From positions 124,001-188,000 of the forward strand of contig NW_003314320.1 of NCBI RefSeq assembly GCF_000143415.4: a stretch of 64,000 nt of DNA. Direction: 5' to 3'. The notes beneath the pieces were generated by a model that saw only the letters and a list, made by a program, of their open reading frames with translations, made no database searches and was not told the origin of the DNA. Positions 51,845 to 64,000 of the stretch are shown here, one piece after another (within the stretch, counting starts at the first letter, position 1; each line of letters begins with the position of its first letter). Position numbers and translations under genes: made by a program. The stretch is from Selaginella moellendorffii. Lineage: Eukaryota; Plantae; Lycopodiophyta.

Positions 51845-54616
51845 TGTTGGACAACTCACATAGATTTGTTGATCTTGAGCAATCCTCGCTACAATGCATT
51901 CGTTAAACACCTACCATTGCATTGTCAACCTCTGCTCCATTCATTGTAAGGCTGTTGAACCAAGAACCTTTTTTTTTATTTCACTCCATTCACTTTTACA
52001 CATATGTTATGTCTAGAAAACAATTGTCCACCCTCTTGTCAACTTCTGCACCAAAAGGCACACCAACTTCCAACCAAATATTCCTTTAATTCCCCCACTA
52101 TAGCCAAAAGAAGAAGGAAAAACTCCTAACTTTGACTAAGTCTTATTCTTGAGCTAGCTCTAGCCTTTGACATCACCCCAGTGATAATTATACTCCATCT
52201 TTAGAGCACTCCTTTCCAAATGGAACATGATAGCACCATAATTGAGCTCCATTCACAAGTGTGGGCAAAAGATTACTAGCAAATCCTCCAATTTGACTGA
52301 GCCATTGATATTCACAGCCTTCATGCAATATGGTCTAATCCAGTGGATTTTAAGCTTGCTTAGATGCCTCTAATACTTGCTCTTGTACAGCAACACGAGA
52401 TCTCCTACCTAAAAACTTTTAGCCCATAAATGATGATCATACCACTTCTTGCATTGACGTTGGACAGCTTTATGAGCTTGGAAAGCAAGGAGATGAATCT
52501 CATCCAACTTCTCCAACTGCTCTAGCTGCTACTAAATAACTTTGTCCCAATCATAATTGCAAGCTACTACTATCCACAAAGAAGGAATTTTTAGCTCGAG
52601 AGGAAGGATTGCTTCTTAGCCATAAATCAATTGGAATGGTGAGAACCATGTAGTTACCTTGTAGGCAACTTTGTAAGTCCATAGTGCATCAAGAAGCCTG
52701 GTATCCTAGTCATTGGCACTTGCATTGCAAGGCTTGGTCACGGTGTCACATAGTGTTTTATTGGTTTAGGCTTATTGATTTCCTAGCTTGTAAAAACAAT
52801 TTTCCGAGTGATGATTAGTTCACCAACAATACTGACACTCCTCTTGATTCACCACTGGTTGTGGACTCATTTGGGTATTGTCTATAATTGTTACATCACA
52901 CACACTAGATGTTTTTTAGTTGCCACATGGGTTGTGGCCTACTTTGTGCCCTCAATTGCAAGTCACTCATCTTTTTTGTCATGGCTTCCACCATGTCTTC
53001 CTTTATTTTCTTCATCTCTATTTGGATGTCCACTATAGTTGGCATTGAATTTGGAATTGCACTTGTTGAAGCTTGTCATTATTGTTGTTGTTAGCGACTA
53101 TAGTCCATCATCCCAAGGCTTATTCCAAATACTCCAAAAGGCTGTTGTTCAATAGGCATTAGTTGCTACAACATACTTCCAAGTCCTCCCATCATGGGAT
53201 TCATCATTACATCACCAAAAGTTCCCAATCTAGGATTACTATGATGGTGTTTTATCTTGAGTTGCTCTTGCTCTCATGTTCCCGTAAAATGAATTGCATC
53301 AACCAAAGTTTACGGATTATGGTATGAGACATGAAAGCTAATCATATGAGGCAAGCCATTTATGTAGTATGATACTTGCTCCTCTTTTGTTGGTTGTGGC
53401 TACTTCTTGAGGATCAATCCCTTGAACATGAATGTATAGCTTTGTAAACTCTTGCCTGGCAATAGTTGGAAATAACTTAGATCACTCATGAGCTACTGTG
53501 AAAAGCCTACCAACCTGAAGGTAGCTAAAATGAATGCCTGTAACAATGCCCAATCTATCGTTGTTGGAACTTAAGCCATCCATTCTATAGCTACACCTTG
53601 TTTCCAAAGATCTACTACATTTGCCTCGTTATTTGCTATACATGTATTCTCAAATGCTCTCGCATGTGCATCTAGATCTCCCATACCATTGAAGATGGTA
53701 TACTTCATCATTATCATTGTCATATTCTTTGTTTGTTGCTGCCAAGGTTGTTGTACTTGTTGGATTGATGGCTAATGCCACTACTCTACTAGTTGTTGTT
53801 GTGGTGGTGACAACTATAACTCTTGCCACTTGTTTTCTTATTCTTGATCATTCTTCTACTTGTTGACAGAAATGTTTGGCTGAGGATTTGCACTCCTTGC
53901 TTTTGGACTCTCGGGATCATAAATTAGTGGTAGATTTCCCACAAGAATTCTTGCCTCTCTCTCACATCATTGCTTTGCTCATCTTTCCTCTCACTTTTGC
54001 ACTTCTACAAGTCTCACCAAGTACTCTTGACTTCTTTGGCTCATACACCAAGAAGGAACAGCCTTGATCTAGTGAAGGCAACCTGACTTCTCTTGGTGCT
54101 CACCATTCCACCACAATCTCTATACTCGTTTTGTTTCTTGGGTAGTGCACCAAAAGATGTTGCTCCTTGCAATGACACACTAGCAAAGTGGAGAATAACT
54201 GCTGCCTAGCCTCATCACTAGCTTTATTAGTGACCTCTACTAGAATCTCTGCTAACAAGGTTGCCTATAAGTTAGACAACTCACATAGATTTATTGATCT
54301 TGAGTAATCCTTGCTATGATGTGCTCCTCAAACACCTGTAATTGCTATTGCACCACCAACTTCCGCTCCATGAGCTCCAAAACTATTGGACGAGGCATCC
54401 TTTTAAAAACCTTTTCTTTTATTCCACTCCTTTCATTTTTACACACATCCTATGCTTAGAAAATAGCTATCCTCCCTCTCATCAACCTCTAGCACCAAGG
54501 GATGCACCCCATTCTAGCCAAATATTTCTTTAATTCCCCCACTATAACCAAAAGAAGAAGGAAAAACTCTTGACATTGACTAAGTCTTATTCTTGAGTTA
54601 GCTCTAGCCCTTGATA
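51845..54616 (-). mobile_element. Small decayed LTR element with a gag-like interior and no pol
   Basis: Diverged direct repeats of ~330-345 bp at 51845-52172 (TGTT...GACA) and 54270-54616; minus-strand interior reads MKYTIFNGMGDLDAHARAFENTC, which is gag-like. Confidence 0.65.
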
Positions 54617-57600
54617 GTCACACTTCCTTACAAAAAGTAAAATCCTCAAAAAAAATCCAATCTATACCAAAGATTAAGTAAAAAATTTGACTTAACACCA
54701 CTTGCATGATTGAAGTTCAAGCTCGAGATCTCTAAAATGCATAACTAGGTATACCTCATCCCATAAACATATATGTATATAACTATTGCTATAAAGAATG
54801 AAGACTAGCTCTATTGTACAACACAATTGTAAATGATAACATGTGGCAATAGACCGAGTAATAAAAGATAAACTCAATTCTATATCAACCAATATAGAGA
54901 TAATAATAAAAGACCTTTTGTTATAAAAATAAGCTTGAAAAGTGAATAAGATAAACTAGTGTCAAGTGAACCTCTTGATAGTACTCTGAAATGGTTACCA
55001 ACTTATTCACGCAAGAACCCTCTATAACTCGTATAACTCTTTATTTCTTAAAAGAATCTTTATGTCAAAACCTTTCATTGCAACAACACCAACAACACGT
55101 TGTTGATGCTAAAGCCTCTATCCAAGAAATAAAGGATTTCAATTTGGAAAATACCAACAATACCGATATGTGTGACTAACCTCATCATATACCTAACAAT
55201 AGACATCATGGCCACAACTATATCCTCTCCTTTATCCTTAAACACAAGTAATAGTAACATCAACCCCCTCTAGAACATGGCCATTTCCATATTAAGTAGA
55301 GATGGATGTGTAACAAGAAGTGGAAGAGATAATATTTTATAATGTTGTGTTAGTCAAAGAATATTGTCAATGTGGTTGGAGCAAATGTATGCTCAAGTCT
55401 TGCAAAATTTTAATAAAGTGCTAACCATAACATTCCCAACTTAATATGTTTTGACATATTTAACTCCACACGAAGCAAAAGGCTTTAGAAATGGATGTTA
55501 AATTATATCACTAATTTAGATGGCTTTTGTCGAGGATGATACAATTGTTGGAAAATATCATTATAATTGTCAACATGTTCAAATGCTCACTTAAAGATAT
55601 CTAAGAGAATAGTTCAATTCACATGAGTGGCTACATTAAAACTATTATACTATTACAATGCTGTACCTTGGAGATATGTGGGAAACTCATGCAAACATCA
55701 AATATCATCCCAAAAATGATAGGTAACAATCACTATAAAGTGATTGAATTAATGGTGCATATCATCCCCAAGATTCCCACAAAAGAATTGTAACTGGATA
55801 TGAGAATTAGTAGTAAGAGCAAGAGAGATTATACACATATTGTAAATGTTACAATCAATTGAGTTTAATTATTAAATTACAATGTATAACATTAAGCAAT
55901 TGCACCAATTGTTGTTCTAGAGTCAAAACTACTTTGCCATGTAAAAAATAAAAAAGAAATAAAAAAGAAGAAATTGAAAAAACTACAAGAAAAGTAAGAT
56001 TTAGACAATACAAAAACTAGATCTAAATTAAAATCCAGAATCCAAACACTCTTCATGGACCAAAATTGCCTCTCATCTTCACCAATGTGAGTGCATAGAA
56101 CATAGAAATGAAATATAGAAATGTGTATATAAATTAGCTTAAAAACCTTAACTTATATACAAGAATGAGTGGTCCAGATCAAAATTAATTCGATGGCTAT
56201 CAAAATCCAACTATGCTAATATTAATATATGGCATCGTAGCTGTACATTTAAACCTCACATAGAGTAAAGAATATATTAAAATTTTATGAAATGAAGATT
56301 GATTATCTATGGATTTTTTTCACATTATTTTGTGATTCATAAAGGTTTATTTTTTGCATTTCAACCCTGGTCATTATTTGTGTTAATGCTACAAAACTTT
56401 TCTTAAATATTTTTTTCTCTACTGTAATTTATAAATTATTGTTTTTCTAATTTTATACAAGAGGACAAGATAATTTTTATGAGATAAAAGTTTCTAGTAT
56501 TTACAAGTGTTATTTATTTCATATGAAAAATTTATTTGAAGTTTATCAAGAAAATATGAAAATTTTTCTTTGTTATATCATGTCTAATTTAAAACTAACC
56601 AAAAAATTAGCATTATTGTCCTTATCACATTGCAATTGATCTAACTAACTTATCAGCATTTAAGCTCCAGAAATTACTATATATAACTCTTATTAATTTA
56701 TGTAAAATTAGTAGAATAATTTGCTGATGAGGGTGGAAACTGGAGTGTGGGGCTGTGAAAGAAATACAAATATTTTATTCAGTTAGTTTAGAAAACAGTT
56801 GGCCCTCACCTGTTAAATTAGTTAAACTGTCTATGGCCATTTGATTGAAAAATGTGCACGCCTATTAATTACAAGAATGGTCTCACTAAACTTGCACCCA
56901 TTCGGCAATAATAGGATGGCACAAGTCCTTAACCTCTTTTTTACGAGTTAGAAAGCTTAAGTTATATTGATCACATGAAGAGTTTCCCAATGCTATGAAA
57001 AATTGCCAGCTTAGTAATTAAATCGAATTAATGCAAAGGAAAAGCATATTACTTTCAGCTGGTTCCTTGAGCAATTATTTTGTGTACCAGCGTTTGGCTA
57101 CCTTTTTCATAGCTCATGAAAACTAGGTTAATTCTTTGTCACTTTTCTAGAATGAGTGATCTCACGAAAAGAAGGAAGAACAACGAGAAATAACGTTGGG
57201 AGGATCTCAACTTATGCCACGAATCTGATCGAGGTAAAAGCTTCAGTTTTTTTTGGTTTTAGCTTAACTATTTGGTTGCCATCCAAGATGCCAGGCGAAT
57301 TTCTAAAGGCTTTATGTGCAGTCCAACCACCTTCTGCTTGATGGAGAAAGATTATGAAAGAACGAAGATCAAATAACTACAAACAATAGCCCAAGAAAAA
57401 TCAATTGCACGCTCTAAAGAAGTAGAGCACGGTACCTTAATCTTACTCTTGAGCTATGTTCCTAGGGCAGGAGTGAGATGAACTCCCAGCTGATGTTGTT
57501 CGGGGCCACCAGCTGTTTTTCAGAGAGAAGTAGACACAGTGGCCCCTAAAATCGATTCGTTGCCACATATCAAATGCGAGATTAGAATCCAGACAAGTAG

Positions 57601-57979
57601 GAGAGATAGAAGAGAAACCAAAACCCGTGCTCAAGAGAAAGATAAGAGGGAAAAGTAAAAACGGTCGCTTGAGAGAGTCCGGCCGCGATTTTCCTGCAAA
57701 GAAGAGAAAAAGAAAAACAAGGACTTGTTACAAGGCTCACGCCTTGTACAGCTTCATTCCCACCTCCATTCTCGCGAGCTGCGACCTTCTTCTCCTGTGC
57801 AACCTTTGATCATGCTCTCGCCGATGCGACCAAGGCCACTCCAAACCCGAAACCCAGAGCATCAGCAATGCGTTCCTGCCTCCACCCAGAGCACTGCGAG
57901 ATCCAAAGAACTTCCCAGTGCCGCAGCCATACTTCCACGGCACCATTTTCAAGCGACCTATTTTTTGATTTTGAAAAAG

Positions 57980-58002
57980 AAAAAAAAAAAAAAATTGCAA
58001 AA
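57980..58002 (-). terminator. Pol III oligo-T terminator
   Basis: Minus strand TTTT-GCAA-T15 immediately after the RNA stem. Confidence 0.65.
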
Positions 58003-58080
58003 CTTAGTGGGTCGGAGTATGACTTATACTTCGAGACACACAGACGGGTCATCAGACGCATACTCTACAACCCAATAAGT
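57999..58080 (-). ncRNA. Candidate Pol III small RNA (82 nt, end-paired bulged stem-loop), family unrecognised
   Basis: Lies downstream of a USE+TATA with Pol III spacing; 5' ACUUAUUGGGUUGUAGAGUAUG pairs with 3' CAUACUCCGACCCACUAAGU; ends at T4 followed by a long T-tract. Confidence 0.65.
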
Positions 58081-58102
58081 AACTGTTATCATAATTCAGG
58101 GC

Positions 58103-58144
58103 TTTTTAAAGAGAAGAATCACAACTGCGTTTGGGCATGTGGGA
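58103..58144 (-). promoter_or_regulatory. Type-3 Pol III promoter (USE + TATA-like box)
   Basis: TCCCACATGC (58144-58135), 24-bp spacer, TTTAAAAA (58110-58103), predicted +1 A 22 bp further on; same geometry as plant U6 promoters. Confidence 0.7.
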
Positions 58145-58292
58145 TGTTTGTACTTTGCCCTAGACCTTGCGTTTAGGGCAGACTACGGCAAGTTATAATG
58201 ATGATTAAAGTTATGGGAAATCATTTGGACTGTTCCGCAAAGATTTAAGGGTTAGGGTTCTTGCAAGCAGATAGAATAGACATTTAGATAGA

Positions 58293-59073
58293 TCAAAGTT
58301 TTACTTCGACGTCAACGCCAGCCGGGATGTCCAGTTGCATGAGCGCATCGATTGTTCGTGGGTTTGGATTCTTGATATCGATCAGTCTCTTGTGGGTTTT
58401 GATCTGGAAGTGTTCTCGCGAATCCTTGTCGACGTGAGGCGATCGAAGCACGCAAAAGATCTTTCGCTCCGTGGGGAGTGGCACCGGACCCATGACCCCA
58501 GCTCCGGTGTTCTTGACGGCCTCCACGATCATCTTGGCAGCCTCCTCGATGTATTCCCCAAAGTAGGCCCGGAGCTTCACTCTAATCTTTTGCTGTGGCA
58601 GTGCCTGAAAAGACAAAAGAGAGATCAATCGTGAGCTTTGTCAGAGAGATTGGGGTCCGATCATTCTCTATCGGATGACCATCGTGAGAAGAAAACCAAG
58701 ACATCTCATCACCCAAGCTCAACTCTGGAAAGAAATTTCACCGATTTCACTCACCAGTGTTGCAGGCGCGGCTGCTTCTTCCGCGACTGGCGTTGCGATT
58801 GAAGGCTCTGCGTCAATGCTGCTCTCCTCAACTGGCTCTTCTACGGCCGATGTCGCGCGCGCTGGAAATCTCGATCGAGAAAGCTTCGTTGTGATCTAAA
58901 ATCCAATTCCAAGAACCTTGAGAGCCCGCGTTCTCTCGCGAGAGATAGAGATTTACCTGCATTTGAGGTAACAGCCGCGGGCGCATCGATGCCGCCAGAC
59001 ACCGTGACGAGAGAGCGCCATTATCGACGCACATTCTCATCGGCAGCGTAGAACAAGACGCTGCCATAGCCAT
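58293..59073 (-). CDS. RPS10: Plastid 30S ribosomal protein S10 (nuclear-encoded, transit peptide), multi-exon
   Basis: [62 protein letters not shown]. Confidence 0.93.
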
Positions 59074-59158
59074 CGTCTTGTATAAACCCTAAAATCTCTC
59101 TCATATCCGCAAAGAGTATATTCCCCTTTCGGGGTTTTAGGGTATTCACAGAGCAGTG

Positions 59159-62100
59159 ATGGCGCTTGCTCAGTCCGGCGCCAAGAAGGACGACGATCGG
59201 GAAGATGATGGTAAGATCTAGTGCCTGAGCTCGTAGATCTTGCGCTGCCGGTTGATTTAGGTCTTGTAGTCCTGCCAGATCTGTGGATCTGAATTCTCGA
59301 GTGTGATTTTTTATTTGCAGCGGAGTACTCTCCTTTCTATGGAATCGAGAAGGCGTCGGTTCTCCAGGAAGCTCGTGTCTTCAATGATCCTCAGCTCGAC
59401 ACGAGGAGATGTGCGCAGGTGACTCTCCATCGTCTATTTTTCCAATGTTGCTTAAGAAGTTCTCTTTGAAGGTCATCACAAAGCTTCTCTACTTGCTCAA
59501 TCAAGGGGAAACGTTCACAAAGGTGATCTATCCAGTGGTTTTCTTCTGTTCCTTTAATCCTTTGCTTGTTCTTACAGACGGAAGCGACCGAGGTTTTCTT
59601 CGCGGTCACTAAGCTCTTCCAGTCGAAAGACGTTCCTTTGAGGCGAATGGTTTATTTGATGATCAAGGAAGTCACTCCATCGTCCGACGAGGTAAGCTCG
59701 TGGAAACGCCTTTGGAAAGGTTTTTTAAGACATAGCTTTGCTGACAGGTTATCATAGTCACAAGCTCGCTGATGAAGGACATGAGCTCTAAGACGGATCT
59801 CTACCGAGCAAATGCAATAAGGGTGCTTTGTAGGATTACAGATGGTGCTCTCCTGGGTCAGATCGAGAGATACCTCAAGCAGGCCGTGGTTGATAAGAAT
59901 CCGGTTGTTGCTAGTGCTGCTATTGTCAGTGGCATTCATCTTCTACAGGTGTGGCTGCATTCTTCCCAGGTTCATTTGGATTTAAGTTTTCTTTCAGACG
60001 AATCCGGAGATCGTAAGAAGATGGAGCAACGAAGTGCAAGAGGCCGTTCAGTCCAAGAACCCTCTAGTCCAGTTCCATGCTTTGGCACTTCTGCGCCAGG
60101 TAATTACTATATTTGTTTCTGGTAATGGAAATTCTGGATCTTTATGCAGATTAAACAAAACGATCGTCTTGCTGTTAGTAAACTCGTGACTAGCCTGATT
60201 CGTGGGACGGTTCGCTCTCCTCTCGCACAATGCCTTCTTGTGCGCTACACGAGCCAGGTATTTAAATCAAAATTATAGCCGTCGGTTGTATACTGAATTA
60301 GTGATGGTCTGTAGGTGATCAAGGATTCGGCTGGAAATGCTCCCGGTGGAGATCGACCCTACTATGAATACTTGGAGACCTGTTTGCGTCATAAATCAGA
60401 AATGACACAATATGAAGCTGCGAGAATCATAACCAATTCGAGTACAGTCACCGGTCGGGAGTTGATGCCAGCCATCACGATGCTGCAAATGCTGTTAACG
60501 TCGTCGAAGCCTGTCCATCGCTTTGCTGCCGCAAGAACATTGAACAAAGTAAGTGGCATCAACAAGTCGAATTTTTGTTTGATGATCCTTTGGTTCTTTT
60601 TTCCAAACAGGTGGCCATGAGCCATCCCCTTGCAGTCACCAACTGCAATATCGACATGGAAAGCTTGATCAATGATCAAAACCGCAGCATCGCAACACTG
60701 GCCATTACGACGCTGTTGAAAACGGGAAATGAAGGTGGCGTTGATCGTTTGATGAAGCAAATTACGAGCTTTATGTCCGACATCGCGGACGAGTTCAAAA
60801 TCGTTGTTGTGGAAGCAATTCGGTCGCTTTGCCTAAAGTTTCCACAAAAATATCGGTCTTTGTAAGTGTCCTTTCCCTTTCGCTCATTTGCTGATACCGT
60901 AACTTTCCAGGATGAACTTCCTTAGCGGCATTCTTAGAGAAGAGGGAGGATTCGACTATAAAAAGGCAATCGTTGACTCGATCCTAATTCTGATCAACGA
61001 AATTCCAGACGCCAAAGAAAGCGGGCTCGTGCATCTTTGTGAGTTTATTGAAGACTGCGAGTTTACGTACCTTTCTACACAGGTTGTGCCCATTGCTATC
61101 TTGAAACAGGATGTCTTTTATCAAGATTGTTTTTCAGATATTGCATCTTCTTGGGGAAGAGGGACCAAAGACCTCCGATGCTAGCAAGTACATTCGCTAC
61201 ATCTACAATCGTGTAATATTGGAAAATGCTACTGTTCGAGCAAGCGCCGTCAGCTCGTTAGCGAAATTTGGACTTGCGGTTGACTCTCTTCGGGTAAGTG
61301 GTTGTGCAAAGTTTCTTTAGATGCTTACGCGTGTTCGCTGCAGCCGCGAATCGTCATATTGCTCAGGCGCTGCGTATATGATAACGATGATGAGGTAACA
61401 ATTCAACATTGTTTGGTTCAAAATAAACAAGGGTTGAGATTCAGGTGCGTGACCGTGCAACTATGTACTTGACTGCACTTGAAGGGGACCAAGCCGAAAG
61501 AGAAGAAGCGAAGCATTCTCTTTTTGATCCACTAAAGATACCTCTAGCCAACTTGGAAGCGAGTCTGCAGTCTTATGTAAGCAACACAGTGTCCAGTTTG
61601 TACCATCAATAACATTTTTACGCAGGATCCAAGCGAATCGCCATTCGACATACACTCAGTGTCAGTGGATGTTAAAGCACAGCCAGTCGTGGACAATAAG
61701 ATGAAGAAAACTGGAAGAGACTCTGCTCCTTCCGTTCCTGAAACCAACAGCGCGGTTGTTGCTCCAACAGTTTCTCATGAAAAAAGATTGAGCTCCATCC
61801 CGGGATTTTCTGGTTTTGGAAAACTTCTCACGGTAATTTTTCTTTCTGGACTTTGTTATTGTATATGGTCATTAATTATATACGTTGTTCTTGCAGTCGT
61901 CGCAACCTACTGAGCTAACTGAGCCGGAGACTGAGTATTCTGTGAATGCTGTAAAACACATATACGCCGAGCATGTTGTGTTTGAATTCAATTGCACGAA
62001 CACAGTAGCGGAACAAGTTCTAGAAAAGGTGAGAAACTGCGACAATCAATTAACAAGTTTTTGACGCGCTATTACTGCAGGTTACTGTGGTGGTCGACGG

Positions 62101-62800
62101 CTCAGAAGCAGAAGATTTCCAGGAGCTTCTTTCTCGCTCAATCCCATCTCTACCATATGGATCGCCCGGCCAAGCCTACGTGGTTTTCCAAAAGCCAGAA
62201 GGCGTCTCCACTGGGAAATTTGCAAACACCATGAAGTTCGTCTTGAAAGAGGTAACACTTAACACCTTGTCCCAGTACGAGCGTAACTCCTGTGACTTTC
62301 TTTTCAGGTGGATCCAACGACAAACCAGCCAGAGGATGAAGGCTACGACGATGAGTACCAGCTCGAGGATCTCCAGGTAAACCGAGCTTGTGCGTTTGGC
62401 GACTCGGTGGAAAACTCTTTCTTTTTTTCTTTCAACACAGGTGACAGCCGCGGACTACTTCGTGAAGACGAGCGTGGTGAGCTTCAAAAGCACCTGGGAG
62501 AGCCTCCAGAGCGAGTTCGAGGCCGAGTATGGGCTGGGTCCGCGCGAGAGCGTCCAAGAGGCAGTCCAGGCGGTGATTGGCATCCTCGGAATGCAGCCGT
62601 GCGAGGGGAGCGAGGTGGTGGCCGCCAACGCGAGATCTCACGTCTGCTTCCTGGCCGCAAAGTTTCTGGGAGAGATCCAGGTGTTGGTGAAGCTCGCATT
62701 TGGAATGGACGCGAAGAAGGCCGTAATGATGAAACTCACGGCGCGCTCCGACGACGAGGGAGTGTGCTCCATCGTTCACGACATTATCGGCAATGCTTGA
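59159..62800 (+). CDS. COPG: Coatomer subunit gamma (gamma-COP/SEC21), multi-exon
   Basis: KKDDDRED|[81 protein letters not shown]. Confidence 0.95.
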
Positions 62801-63255
62801 TTTTTTGGTTGATTAATCCATATCCAGAATATTCTTATTCTAGGGTCTTAGAACCCTAAACCTCCAATCATCATATGAGAGATGAGTGGCTACAAATGGG
62901 AATTCTGGCTTGTAAATGTACTAAATCATGAGGATCTAGACAAGTATAGACAATGGACTACATCGATAATAAGGGGTTGAGTAGCTATGACATTTAGCTT
63001 TGCAAAGATTTGGTTTGCTAATGACTGTTTTCTTTGGATTATTCTGGGTAACATGTCACACAACACTTCAAAAGTGTTGGAGAGATAATGAGGAACAAAA
63101 TAGAAGGCTAAGAGACAAACTACCATTATAATGACAAAATTGAGAGGTTATCTAGAGGTTTATTTCACCTTTGTACTTACATGGAAAATCTTTTATTTAT
63201 ATTATATTACTATAATTAAGAAATTCTACTTTACTCTTCTGGAAGATGAAAAGCG

Positions 63256-63361
63256 ATGTGATAGAGCTCTCTTATTGAGTGACTATAAACTGCTCTAAAA
63301 AATTGAAGTTCCTATAGAATTAATAGCATAGTTGCTAACAATTATGATAGAAATAAAACCC
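63256..63361. repeat. Dispersed repeat, inverted copy of 49101-49206
   Basis: About 105 bp, near-identical reverse complement (GAGCTCTATCAC / GTGATAGAGCTC). Confidence 0.85.
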
Positions 63362-64000
63362 AAAGTCATGATATAACAATTAATTAATTACAAAATATTG
63401 ATAAACTAATTAAAACTTTGCATATAATTACCAAATGCTCAAACCAACTTTAAATTTATTATTTTGAGATTTTAAAAGTCCACAAAATGACTTTGCAACA
63501 AATAATATATTTTATCTCTAAATTTTCTTATTAGCTACAACTATTAATTTAGATTTACAACCATCAATAAAACTTACTTTTGCATTTTCTCTTCAGTCAA
63601 CTTCTGAAATTTATGTTATCTAACACATATAATATTTGTCCACACATGAAAGGTTAAACTCACTTTATTTATTTTCCACATTTTCCTTGTCCTCTTCTCA
63701 AAGTTTTTTTTTTTTAAAGCATTAGCTTAGTTCAAACTTATTGCATTTATCCTCACTTTGCCATATATATTCCATTATCATATTTTTTGGTTTTATTATA
63801 TTAGGGCTAACATTGGGACCACATTTTATTTAAACTTATTTTCACTTATCTTTTGTTTACACTTATCATCACTCCATCATCAAAACTAAACTTCTATTTA
63901 TCTCCTTTACCCCCTCCAAAGAAGAAAAAAGTTTTGAAGTATTAGGGTAAAAAGGAGAAAGTAAGAAAAATTGAGAAAACAATATTATAGAAGAAAAAAC

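Noticed and set aside
58021-58056. Hammerhead ribozyme or C/D snoRNA inside the small RNA (CUGAUGA...CGAAG...GUC)
   Set aside because: The core has GAAG rather than GAAA, stems II and III do not form, stem I is out of register, and there is no terminal D box.
57999-58080. Telomerase RNA, U6, U3, SRP or MRP identity for the Pol III candidate
   Set aside because: Too short, no CCCUAAA-type template, and none of the conserved motifs of these RNAs that I can recognise.
49101-63361. 105-bp inverted repeats 14 kb apart as TIRs of a giant DNA transposon
   Set aside because: No target-site duplication outside them, and the interval holds intact housekeeping genes; better explained as two dispersed repeat copies.

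Overview
Gene-dense land-plant nuclear scaffold. Very short introns (about 50-70 bp), tiny intergenic gaps and short-motif PPR genes suggest a lycophyte such as Selaginella; this is inference. Layout: (1) 1-12.6 kb is AT-rich repeat DNA with 2OG-dioxygenase and PPR gene fragments, a microsatellite plus N-gap, and a complete non-autonomous 6.05-kb LTR retrotransposon (LTRs, PBS, PPT and TSD all visible). (2) 12.8-47.3 kb is a gene block: DUO1-like MYB pseudogene, VMP1/KMS1, A_thal_3526-family gene, mitochondrial ATP synthase OSCP, ELF4-like, AKR2, an orphan ORF, a FAM228-like gene, a GST/thioredoxin-fold gene, a CYP72-clan P450 with a decayed tandem copy that also carries part of the neighbouring APX gene, APX, a PLS-E PPR, PIRL, an ankyrin gene, a P2B Ca2+-ATPase and a short-motif PPR. 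(3) 47.4-57 kb holds nested decayed Gypsy-type remnants. (4) 58-62.8 kb holds plastid RPS10 head-to-head with gamma-COP. The most striking unexplained element is a candidate type-3 RNA polymerase III gene at 57999-58144 (minus strand). It has a USE, a 24-bp spacer and a TATA-like box driving a predicted 82-nt RNA whose 5' and 3' ends pair into a bulged stem ending at a T-tract. I do not recognise it as any known plant snRNA, SRP, MRP or telomerase RNA. Gene coordinates are genomic spans including introns, read by eye.
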